From NCBI GenBank assembly GCA_964567625.1, contig CAZMNK010000013.1:2934-61907 (forward strand): 58,974 nt of DNA, written 5' to 3'. The translations under genes and the position numbers were made by a program. Source of the DNA: an uncultured Enterobacterales bacterium (GTDB lineage: Bacteria > Myxococcota_A > UBA796 > CAJQPC01). The notes under the pieces are model-generated. The model was not told where the DNA came from and made no database searches. It saw only the letters and a list, made by a program, of their open reading frames with translations. Positions 47,535 through 55,912 of this stretch are shown one piece after another; position 1 is the stretch's first letter, and every line of letters starts with the position of its first letter.

Positions 47535-48626
47535 GTGGCGGACCTGGACGCTCTGGCTCGCCGGATCTCCTATGCCCAGTGCTGGGAGGACTCGGCGGTG
47601 TTGGTCGAGGCACTTGCACCCACGGCGGACGACCGGGTTCTCTCCATCGCGTCAGCCGGGGACAACACGTTGGCTCTTGCCCTGGCGGGGGCTGGCAGGG
47701 TCACTGCGCTCGACCTGAGCGAACCCCAGTTGCACCTCCTGGCGCTGAAGCTTGCCGGGGGCCACCTGGCCTACGAGGAATACCTTCAACTGCTCGGACT
47801 GCTTCCGGGTGGGCGCCGGGTGCTGCTCTACCACGGGGTTCGCGAACACCTGGCCGAGGATGCCCGGCGCTACTGGGACGCCCACGAGGATGTCATCCGG
47901 ATCGGTCTGCTGGGTGCAGGGAAATTCGAGCGCTACCTGGGGACCTTTCGGGAGCGTGTTCTACCCCTGGTTCACAGCCCTGCCGAGATCGAGGCGCTCA
48001 GTCACCTGGACGACCCGGAGGCTCAACGGGACTTCTATGAACGGGTCTGGAACAACAGGCGCTGGCGTGCCCTGTTTCGGGTGTTCTTCTCCCGGGCGGT
48101 CATGCAACGGCTCGGGCGGGATCCCGCCCAGTTCGCCCAGGTCCAGGGCTCGGTGGCCGATCGCCTGTTGGAGCGAGCCCGCTGGGTGCTGACCGAGCTG
48201 CCCATCGCCGGCAACCCCTACCTCCAGTGGATCCTGACCGGGGGATACCCGGATCTGGAGCAGGCCCATCCCTACCTGGGGCTGGCCGCACACGGTCGGT
48301 TGCTGGAGTTGTCCGAGCGCATTCAGCTGGTGCACGCCACCCTCGAGGCCCACCTGGCCTCTGTTCCAGCCGGGACCTACAGCGCCTTCAACTACTCCAA
48401 TCTCTTCGAATACGTGCCCGCCGAGGCCCACGAAGCGATGCTCCGGGAGACCGTTCGCGCAGCAGGTCCGGGCGCCCGGGTGGCCTACTGGAACCTGTTC
48501 GTGCCACGGTCCTGCCCGGCGACCCTGTCCGACCGATTGCAGTCCCAGGACCAGCGGGCGGCCGCGCTCTACGCAAAGGATCGCGCCTTCTTCTACAGTG
48601 CATTTCGGCTGGAGGTGGTCCAGTGA
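47535..48626 (+). CDS. DUF3419 / BtaA-like SAM-dependent 3-amino-3-carboxypropyl transferase family protein
   Basis: YAQCWED, LSIASAGDN, DLSEPQ, GKFERY, YWNLFVPR, DRAFFY. Confidence 0.82.
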   Translation: MADLDALARRISYAQCWEDSAVLVEALAPTADDRVLSIASAGDNTLALALAGAGRVTALDLSEPQLHLLALKLAGGHLAYEEYLQLLGLLPGGRRVLLYHGVREHLAEDARRYWDAHEDVIRIGLLGAGKFERYLGTFRERVLPLVHSPAEIEALSHLDDPEAQRDFYERVWNNRRWRALFRVFFSRAVMQRLGRDPAQFAQVQGSVADRLLERARWVLTELPIAGNPYLQWILTGGYPDLEQAHPYLGLAAHGRLLELSERIQLVHATLEAHLASVPAGTYSAFNYSNLFEYVPAEAHEAMLRETVRAAGPGARVAYWNLFVPRSCPATLSDRLQSQDQRAAALYAKDRAFFYSAFRLEVVQ

Positions 48627-50869
48627 GTGCCCGGCAAGCCCTTGGGGAGCGAATCGTGGGAGTGGTCTGGGACCACCGCCACGCATTCCTGGCCCTGAGT
48701 CTCGTTCTGACGGTTCTCGCAGGCTGGGGGGCCTCTCGGGTCGGTGTGGACAACGCGGTCGAGATCTGGTTCGTCGAGGATGACCCGGCCCTGGTGGCCT
48801 ACCAGGACTTCCAGGACACCTTTGGCAACGACGAGGTCGTGGTGCTGGCCTTCGAGGATCCCGAGGGCCTGCTCGACGACGAAGGCATGGCGTTGCTGCG
48901 GGCTGTGGGCGAGGCGGCGACCTCGGTGGAGGGCATTGCCGAGGCGGTGTCACTGGCCAGCGTCCAGGACATTCGCTCGGAACAGGACTGGTTGGAGGTG
49001 GGGCCCCTGGTGCCTCAAGGGCCCTTCACCGATGAGCTGGCCCGCCGCATCCTGTCGGACCCGTTGCTGGTGGGCAAGCTGGTCAACGGGGACGGCACCG
49101 TGGCGGTGGTGCTGGCCAGGATGGCCTCGATGGGGGACATCGATGCCCGTCGAGACGCCATCCTTTCCGACCTTCGAACTGCCGTGGACGGGGTGGAAGA
49201 GGACTACCGGGCGGCGGGCATCGGGGTCATCTATGCGTCCTTGAACCAGCTGAGCACGGTGGACTCCGCGGTCTTCATCGTCGCGTCCTACCTGCTCATC
49301 ATCGTTCTGCTCTGGGCCTTTTTCCGACGGGCCGGCCCCGTGGTCCTCACGCTCGGAATTGTGGGGGTGGCCGCCACCTGGCTGATGGGGATCTACGGGA
49401 TCGCAGGTCGCGACATCAACATGGTCACCATGGTGATGCCGACCCTGGTGCTCCTGATCGGGATCTCGGACTGCGTGCACATCCTGGTCCACGTGTCTCG
49501 ACAACCCGCCCTCGAAGGGGAGACCCGCCGGGACCGGGTGGTCCGCGGGGTGGGGTTCATGTTCTGGCCCTGCCTGTTCAACACCCTGACGACCGCCACA
49601 GGCTTTGCAGCGCTGGCCACTGCGCCAATGCAGGTTGTGCGGGACCTGGGCCTGTTTTCGGCCATCGGGCTGGTCGGGGCCTTTGCCGCCACCATGATCG
49701 GATGTACCTGGGCCCTGGCCAGCGAGCGGTTTGAGCCTCGGATTCGGCAGCAGGGGGTCCTGCAACGGGCCGTGGAGGGCCTGTCCGATCTGGGCCTGCG
49801 GCGGAAGGAACTTGTCCTGGCCCTGACCGGTGTGGCGACCCTGACGGCCGCGCTGGGGGTGTCCAGCATCCAGGTCGACACCTACTCCATCGACTTCCTG
49901 CTCGCAGACCACCCGGTACGCCAGGACTCCGAGTACATCGAGGCCTCGTTCGGGCCGTACACGCCCCTGGAATTCGTGGTCGAAGCCCCGGGCAAGGCCC
50001 TCTCCCCAGAGGTCCTCCAGGCCCTGGATGCCTGGCAGGAGCGAGCCGTCGAAGACCCCCGGGTGGGCTGGAGCCGGTCCATCGTGGAGGTGGTCGAGAA
50101 ACTCGAACAGGTGCTGGGGAGTGGCGAGGCCCGGGTGCCGGACGACCCCAACCGCATCGAGCAGGCGCTCCTGGTCTATGGCTCTGGCGCCGACAGCGAC
50201 CTGGATGACCTGGTGGACGGTGTCGACCGGTTGCGGGTGACCTATGGCATCCAGATGCAGTCTGCCCAGGGCATCGCGTCCACTGTGGAAAGCCTGCAAC
50301 AGGTCGCGGAATTTCCCGCCGGCGTCACCGCCACCCCGGCTGGGTACCTGCCGCTCTACACCCACATGATGGACTACATCGTCCGGTCCCAGATCACCTC
50401 GTTCGGACTGGCCTTCGGGGTGGTCTTTGCGCTCATCGCGGTGTTGTTTCGGTCGATCCGGCTCGCGGCCCTTGCCGTGCCCGCAAACCTGCTTCCGGTG
50501 CTTGTCACCCTGGGGGCGATGGGTCTGCTGGGGGTCCGGCTGGATGTGGCCACGGTCACCATCGCTGCGGTGGTGCTGGGGCTGGTGGTCGATGACACGG
50601 TCCAGTTCCTCTACCGGCTGCGCCATGAACTCTCTCTGAATCCGGATGACCCGGATGCGGGAGTGAGGGCCGCCGTGTCCTCGGTTGGACGATCCCTGGC
50701 CATCACCACGGTGGTGCTGTGTCTGGGGTTCAGCGTCCTGGGGCTGGCCCAGATCAAGAGTGTGATCTGGTTCGGGCTCCTCATCAGCCTGGCGATGGGG
50801 ACGGCGTTGATCGCCGATCTGCTGGTGCTTCCCGCCCTGGTGGGCCTGCTCAGGCCGCGCCTGGACTAG
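48623..50869 (+). CDS. MMPL/RND family transporter
   Basis: Two repeats of a TM bundle plus periplasmic loop; IGISDCVH, NTLTTATGF, GLVVDDTVQF. GTG start overlaps the upstream stop. Confidence 0.88.
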   Translation: MSARQALGERIVGVVWDHRHAFLALSLVLTVLAGWGASRVGVDNAVEIWFVEDDPALVAYQDFQDTFGNDEVVVLAFEDPEGLLDDEGMALLRAVGEAATSVEGIAEAVSLASVQDIRSEQDWLEVGPLVPQGPFTDELARRILSDPLLVGKLVNGDGTVAVVLARMASMGDIDARRDAILSDLRTAVDGVEEDYRAAGIGVIYASLNQLSTVDSAVFIVASYLLIIVLLWAFFRRAGPVVLTLGIVGVAATWLMGIYGIAGRDINMVTMVMPTLVLLIGISDCVHILVHVSRQPALEGETRRDRVVRGVGFMFWPCLFNTLTTATGFAALATAPMQVVRDLGLFSAIGLVGAFAATMIGCTWALASERFEPRIRQQGVLQRAVEGLSDLGLRRKELVLALTGVATLTAALGVSSIQVDTYSIDFLLADHPVRQDSEYIEASFGPYTPLEFVVEAPGKALSPEVLQALDAWQERAVEDPRVGWSRSIVEVVEKLEQVLGSGEARVPDDPNRIEQALLVYGSGADSDLDDLVDGVDRLRVTYGIQMQSAQGIASTVESLQQVAEFPAGVTATPAGYLPLYTHMMDYIVRSQITSFGLAFGVVFALIAVLFRSIRLAALAVPANLLPVLVTLGAMGLLGVRLDVATVTIAAVVLGLVVDDTVQFLYRLRHELSLNPDDPDAGVRAAVSSVGRSLAITTVVLCLGFSVLGLAQIKSVIWFGLLISLAMGTALIADLLVLPALVGLLRPRLD

Positions 50870-50872
50870 CGC

Positions 50873-51940
50873 CTATACGGCGTCCTTGAAGGGAATCTCC
50901 ACCGCGACCGTGGTGCCTTGGCCGAAGTGGCTGTCGATGTGGATGGTGCCGCCAGCGGCCTCCAGCAGATCCTTGCAGATCGAGAGCCCCAGCCCGGTTC
51001 CCGTCTTCTTGGTGGTGTAGCCGCGTTCCAGAGCCTGGGACAGGTCCGTTGCGGTCATGCCCGCACCATCATCGGTGATGGCGATCAGGGCCCCTTCGGA
51101 CCCTTGCTGGGCTTCGATCTGGATGTTGATGGCGCCGGCGTGGAGGGCGTTGAGCGTGGTGTTGAGCAGGATCTGGGCCAGCTGGTGGGTCGGCAGGGCC
51201 ACGGGTGGAAGATCGGGTTCCAGGCTCACCAGGACCTCTCGTCCGCTGCGGGTACCGGTCATGGTCACGACGGCCTGGACCGCTTCGGTGACATCGCCCC
51301 CTACGTGGCCCACCCCCAGCAGGGCACTACCCGAGCCGACCAGTGCGGAGAGGTACCGGGTGACCTGGACCAGGTCCTGGATGGTCTCGCGGACGACGGG
51401 GGTCGTCTCATCCAGGCTCTGTCCAAGGCTGTGAACGTTCATCTCCAGGGTGCCCAGGACATTGCGGACCTCGTGGATCACCACCTGGGCCACCCGGGTC
51501 TGGACCCCGTCGCTGGCCACGGGGCCGTTGCCCAGTCCGCGGGCCAGGGTCTTCACAGCTTTTGTCTGCGACAGGCGCTTGTCGACCCGGCTGCTGTGGG
51601 CGGACAGGACGCGCAGGACCTCGAAGGGATCGTCCGGGTCCCGGAGCCAGTCGATCGCGCCGGCTTCAAAGGCGGCCTGGAGTTGACCTGGCTCGGGTGG
51701 ACCGAGCAGGGCGACTTCGATCAAGCCCGGTTCGGCCAGAACCATGGGTTCGGCTTCCGGCTCACCCAGGACCAGGACGGGCATGCCGGGTGTCGCCAGT
51801 CGCCGTGCCTGGATGTTGTTGGAGGCAAACTGGATGCGAATCCCCAACTCGGCGGCAACGCGCTGGAGTTGGAATCGAGGTTCGCCGTCCGTGAGGATCA
51901 GCAATTCATAGGGGGAGCCGCTCACGACGTGGTGCCTCAA
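50873..51940 (-). CDS. Histidine kinase with degenerate N-terminal receiver-like domain
   Basis: AFEAGAIDWL, IHEVRNVL, LNTTLNA, DDGAGM, TTKKTGTGLGL. Confidence 0.85.
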   Translation of the reverse strand: MRHHVVSGSPYELLILTDGEPRFQLQRVAAELGIRIQFASNNIQARRLATPGMPVLVLGEPEAEPMVLAEPGLIEVALLGPPEPGQLQAAFEAGAIDWLRDPDDPFEVLRVLSAHSSRVDKRLSQTKAVKTLARGLGNGPVASDGVQTRVAQVVIHEVRNVLGTLEMNVHSLGQSLDETTPVVRETIQDLVQVTRYLSALVGSGSALLGVGHVGGDVTEAVQAVVTMTGTRSGREVLVSLEPDLPPVALPTHQLAQILLNTTLNALHAGAINIQIEAQQGSEGALIAITDDGAGMTATDLSQALERGYTTKKTGTGLGLSICKDLLEAAGGTIHIDSHFGQGTTVAVEIPFKDAV

Positions 51941-52244
51941 CTACCCCCCCCAGGGGCCCCCCGCCAGGTCACCAGCCTACCAGAGCGAGGCCCTCTCGAG
52001 ACACTGTTTTTCAACATCTGATTTTCCAGGTCGAAGTGGAGGCACAGGCCCCAGAGTCCGGCTCATCACGGACCCGGCAGAAGGGCAGACAGCCCCGCGA
52101 ACGACCGGGCGGTGTGGAGACCGGCGGACCCGCGCGCCCCGTGCCCCCCACTCCCAGGGCAATGGCCGGGCCGGATCGCTGGTCGTCCCGGCGGACGAAG
52201 GCACAACTGGGGGCCAGGGGGGCGCCGGGGATGGGCGAGACCCG

Positions 52245-52535
52245 CTACCAGTAGTCGGCGGTGATGACCAGGGGTCCGCTGAGTACCCTGGTGACGCAGC
52301 TCAGACGGAGGCCCGGGTCGACATCATTGTCCTGCTTTACCCGCTTTTCCGCGGGGGTTTCGGGGCTCAGGTGTTCTCGCCCGGCCAGGGGTCGCAGGCC
52401 ACAGCGGCCACAGATCCCTTCGGCCTCACAGGCGGTTCCGACCGGGAGTCCGGCCTCCCTGGCTGCGGCAAATAGCGAGGTCTCCGGCGCCACCTCGCAT
52501 CGGATGTCCTGGGGATGGAAGAGAACCAGTGGCAA
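52245..52535 (-). CDS. 2Fe-2S ferredoxin
   Basis: CEAEGICGRC...RLSC. Confidence 0.88.
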   Translation of the reverse strand: MPLVLFHPQDIRCEVAPETSLFAAAREAGLPVGTACEAEGICGRCGLRPLAGREHLSPETPAEKRVKQDNDVDPGLRLSCVTRVLSGPLVITADYW

Positions 52536-52570
52536 GAAGTCACCGCGGTCATCTGGGGTACCCTTTCAGC

Positions 52571-52963
52571 ATGGCACAGTTGGCCCGGGTCCTGATCGTC
52601 GACGACGAGCCGACCTTGTTGAGGGCCTGCCAGCGAGCGCTCAGCCAGGACTTCGACGTGGTCACGGCCGGTGGTGGTGCCGCAGCCGTGGCACTTCTCA
52701 AGGAGGACCCGGATATCCAGGCGGTGGTCTGTGACCTGCAGATGCCCGAGGTGGATGGGCTCGATGTTCATGCCGCCATCCAGGAGCACAGACCCGAGCT
52801 TGTGATGCGGACGCTCTGGGCGACCGGGGGAGCCACCACGGCGACATGCCAGGCTTTCCTGGAACGACCGGACATCAGGCACATCTTGAAGCCCTATTCG
52901 GGGTCCGTGCTGAGAGATGCGGTGGCTGGCTTGATCGGAAGACTGGTCAGCCGGGGAAACTAG
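52571..52963 (+). CDS. Single-domain response regulator
   Basis: VLIVDDE, CDLQMP, ATGG, KPY. Confidence 0.9.
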   Translation: MAQLARVLIVDDEPTLLRACQRALSQDFDVVTAGGGAAAVALLKEDPDIQAVVCDLQMPEVDGLDVHAAIQEHRPELVMRTLWATGGATTATCQAFLERPDIRHILKPYSGSVLRDAVAGLIGRLVSRGN

Positions 52964-52979
52964 CTCTGGGCAGCTGAAC

Positions 52980-54365
52980 TCAGTCCTCGTAGAGGCTGAC
53001 CAGGTCTGACTGGCCCAGGATCCAGTCACCCTTCAGGGCAAGTTCCCAGAGGGTGTCTCCGTCGTCGTCGACCTCGTGAAGCAAGCCCATCAGCCCGTAG
53101 TTGACCAGGGTGTTCCCGTCGGGAAGACGTACAGCCCGCCCCAGAGCGTGGGTGCTCACGTCAGGATCGCGGCCACTGTTCCAGACCTCGGTGGCCCTGT
53201 GGGGGCCGATCTCAAACTCCGCCGCCCAGCTTCCGGCGCCGCTCAGACCACGGTTCACGAAGAGCACCAGGGTGTCATCTTCGGTCCATGTGGGGCTGTG
53301 CTGCATCATGAACCCGGTCTCTTCGGGAGTCAGGGTCTGGCCCTCGAGGGTCCACAACGCCTCACCGTCCTGGGCGTCGATCTCCATGACCATGGACTGA
53401 CCGGCCAGGGACAACAGGAAGCTGTCGCGGGTGACGCTGTAGGTCAGGCCATTGGCGTGGGTCCAGTCGTAGCCATCGGTGTACCAGTTGCCGTTCCAGG
53501 TCTCGCTGGTGCCGTTGGGGGAGTCCAGCAGATCCCAGGTGCTGCAGACGATGGTGGGGTTCTCGTTGCTCGTGGCCACCATGATCCGGTCGCCGTAGAC
53601 CTTGCCGTACCTGGAGGTGTTCTGGGCGTCGGCCTCCAGCCATGCGATCCCGCCATCGGGAAGGGGGGACAGGTCATGGTGTGCGTCGGGTGCATCGATC
53701 ACCTGGTCCACCTGGCCATCCAGACCGAACCGGACCACCCGGTTGTTGGTGCGGGAGTCGCCGGTCTCCTGGAGAACCCAGAGGCCCTCATGGGTCCAGG
53801 CCGCGCTCACCACACTGACCTGGGCTTCCGCGTTGTCGATCGCCCAGACCGGGTTTCCACTGCGGTCGACCAGGGCGACTCCCCCGTAGTCTTCGCCGAA
53901 CCAGGAGATGAGCAGCAGGCCGTCTGCAAGAACGCCGTTGGTCGAGGTCGAGGCGCTGCTCTGGAGGGGCACGTTCACGGAGAGCTGGCCCGTCCGGATG
54001 TTCACGGTCTCTGAGGAGAAGGGCACCTCGTCGACGGAACCCTCGAGCCAGATCGACAACTTGGTGTCTTCGGGCGTACCGACCAGGTAGGCCTCGAAGC
54101 CGTTGTCGGTTCGGGAGCCTTCGGTCCTGCGGGTCACCCCCTCGTACCGGTAGACCACATCGGCAAGAGCCAGGTCCCAGGTCACATGCACCACCGTTTC
54201 CATGTGCTCTGAGAGGCTCAGATCCAGCTCGAAGCTATCGGCGGTGACATCACCGTCAGTGTTCAACTCGGCTTCGGGAAGTACAGCATCCAGGTCTGCG
54301 CCGGCGTTGGGGGTACCGAATTCCCCCATGGTGCAAGCTGCGAGGAACGCAAGCGTCGTCAGCAT
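52980..54365 (-). CDS. Aryl-sulfate sulfotransferase-like beta-propeller lipoprotein
   Basis: FLAAC lipobox, AHHDL..LPDG, DWTHAN, QHSP, RLPDGNTLV. Confidence 0.72.
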   Translation of the reverse strand: MLTTLAFLAACTMGEFGTPNAGADLDAVLPEAELNTDGDVTADSFELDLSLSEHMETVVHVTWDLALADVVYRYEGVTRRTEGSRTDNGFEAYLVGTPEDTKLSIWLEGSVDEVPFSSETVNIRTGQLSVNVPLQSSASTSTNGVLADGLLLISWFGEDYGGVALVDRSGNPVWAIDNAEAQVSVVSAAWTHEGLWVLQETGDSRTNNRVVRFGLDGQVDQVIDAPDAHHDLSPLPDGGIAWLEADAQNTSRYGKVYGDRIMVATSNENPTIVCSTWDLLDSPNGTSETWNGNWYTDGYDWTHANGLTYSVTRDSFLLSLAGQSMVMEIDAQDGEALWTLEGQTLTPEETGFMMQHSPTWTEDDTLVLFVNRGLSGAGSWAAEFEIGPHRATEVWNSGRDPDVSTHALGRAVRLPDGNTLVNYGLMGLLHEVDDDGDTLWELALKGDWILGQSDLVSLYED

Positions 54366-54558
54366 GAAAGGCGCTGAGGCATTGGTGCAAGGCCCTGAGA
54401 GTAAGAACATGGGCACGATAGGAGATGCCCTGTCATGGGGGTGTCAACTCCGGCCCTGGTTTGTCAACGGTATGTGGAGGACCGAGCCCGAATTCCCACC
54501 CCGCGGTCCGGGTCTTTTCCCTGTTCCTGTTGGCGTGCCCTGTGTCCTCGGGGGGAGA

Positions 54559-54687
54559 CTACCGGGCCAGGGCGTTCCGGGACTCGGCGACGGCCTGGGT
54601 GAGATCCGAGTCGGGGCCTGCACCCAACGCGGCGACGATGGCCTCGGCCTCGGCAAGGGCGGAGTTGGCGGCTGTGGGGTCACCAGC
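54559..54687 (-). pseudogene. 3' remnant of a cyclase-STAND-TPR paralogue
   Basis: Encodes AGDPTAANSALAEAEAIVAALGAGPDSDLTQAVAESRNALAR*, 27/42 identical by hand count to the C-terminus of 55913-58963. No upstream start in frame. Confidence 0.85.
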
Positions 54688-54689
54688 AG

Positions 54690-54887
54690 GGAGAGGTGAC
54701 CTGTGAAACCTGGGGCCCTTGTGACCAGGCGTCAGAGGTCGTTTTCTGTACCGTCCAGGATGGTGGACATACCTGGCCAGGGGGGCGGGGGTACTTCATC
54801 CCCGGAATTGAGATCGGTCCGGTCACGAAGGACATCGCCGCAAGTGAGGCGATGTGGGCGTTCTTCCGGGACCATGTCGTGGAATGA
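54690..54887 (+). pseudogene. 3' remnant of a PHB-depolymerase/LpqC-like esterase
   Basis: GEVTCETWGPC..SEVVFCTV.DGGHTWPGG...IAASEAMWAFF is the C-terminal His-containing part; the nucleophile region is absent. Confidence 0.75.
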
Positions 54888-54929
54888 GAGCCGATGGGTG
54901 CTGCAGCCGATGGTCCCGGACCCGGCGAG

Positions 54930-55892
54930 TCACTCGCGCTCGGCGTAGTACATCTTGTTGGTGCCCACGAAGTCGTCCCCGTCCGCGGTGATCGTCAGCT
55001 CCAGGAACACCATCTGCTGGCCATCACGGGTCATCGAGAACTCGCCCACGCCGCCGTAGGTGCCCGCTTCCTCGTCGGGCTGGGGATGGGAGACGAACAA
55101 CTCGGGATCGCCCCAGTCAAGGTCTCCGAGCCGCTCGGATCTGTAGACCTGGAGCGGGAAATTGCTGCTCGTGCTGCCCCGTGACGAGGTGAAGTACATC
55201 GTCTGGCAATCGTCGGTCAGGAAGGGGTGGAGGTCCAGCGTGTCTGCCAGGTTGATCGGCTCCGAGAGTACAGTGGTCTCACCCTCTCTGGAGACCACCA
55301 CGTCAGTGTCTCCGGACTCGTGCTCGATGTTGGCGTAGAGTTCATCGAGTTCGTCGCAGTAGTGAGGGTTGTCCTCTATGACCCCCGTCCCCAGGTCCAT
55401 GATCGTGGTGCCGTCGTTGATGACGATGCTGATCGGTCGTTCTTCATGCGGGGGGGGCGGGTCCAGGACAATGAACGTTCGCGAGTAGTAGATGTCGCCC
55501 GCCTCGGAGATGTAGGGTCCGGCCTCGGCGTTGTAGTCATCGGAAGAAATGGGGTGTTCTGTTCGGGTCTGAAACGGACGTTCCGTGTAGTAGATCTTGG
55601 GGTCTGTGTCATCGCCGCCCCAGGTGGGTACGTAGTAGAACAGAATGTAGCGCCCGTCCCTCGTGATGTAGGTGCTGTCTTCAGCGCCGTCGTCATCGAC
55701 TTCCATTCGTACGGGGGTGGACCAGCCCTCCTCCTCGATCACTGCGCGCCCATCCTCCTCTCCGGTGACCGGGCTCGAGTCCACATCGTCGCCCACCACG
55801 AAGGGATGTGCGTACGGTTCCTCGCTTGCTCCACACCCGGCCAGGCCGGGAGCGAGCAGCCACGGCAACGCAAGCGAAAGAAAAGGTCCCAT
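54930..55892 (-). CDS. Lipoprotein with WD40-like (PD40) beta-propeller repeats
   Basis: LAGC lipobox; repeats ITRDGRYILF, PYISEAGDIYYS, PFLTDDCQTMYFTSSR, MTRDGQQMVF. Confidence 0.72.
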   Translation of the reverse strand: MGPFLSLALPWLLAPGLAGCGASEEPYAHPFVVGDDVDSSPVTGEEDGRAVIEEEGWSTPVRMEVDDDGAEDSTYITRDGRYILFYYVPTWGGDDTDPKIYYTERPFQTRTEHPISSDDYNAEAGPYISEAGDIYYSRTFIVLDPPPPHEERPISIVINDGTTIMDLGTGVIEDNPHYCDELDELYANIEHESGDTDVVVSREGETTVLSEPINLADTLDLHPFLTDDCQTMYFTSSRGSTSSNFPLQVYRSERLGDLDWGDPELFVSHPQPDEEAGTYGGVGEFSMTRDGQQMVFLELTITADGDDFVGTNKMYYAERE

Positions 55893-55912
55893 GGCCAATT
55901 CTAATCCGGAGA

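Noticed and set aside
47535-48626. Canonical betaine lipid (DGTS) btaAB locus
   Set aside because: No btaB methyltransferase is adjacent and the partners are different; btaB elsewhere in the genome cannot be excluded.
51941-52244. 300-bp intergenic region as ncRNA or small gene
   Set aside because: GC-rich with only short chance hairpins; no RNA family or credible ORF recognised by eye. An Rfam search would settle it.
54425-54706. 93-aa plus-strand ORF with an apparent lipobox (FLLAC) as a frameshifted start of the esterase
   Set aside because: Most of it is the antisense of the TPR-gene remnant and it contains no esterase motifs.
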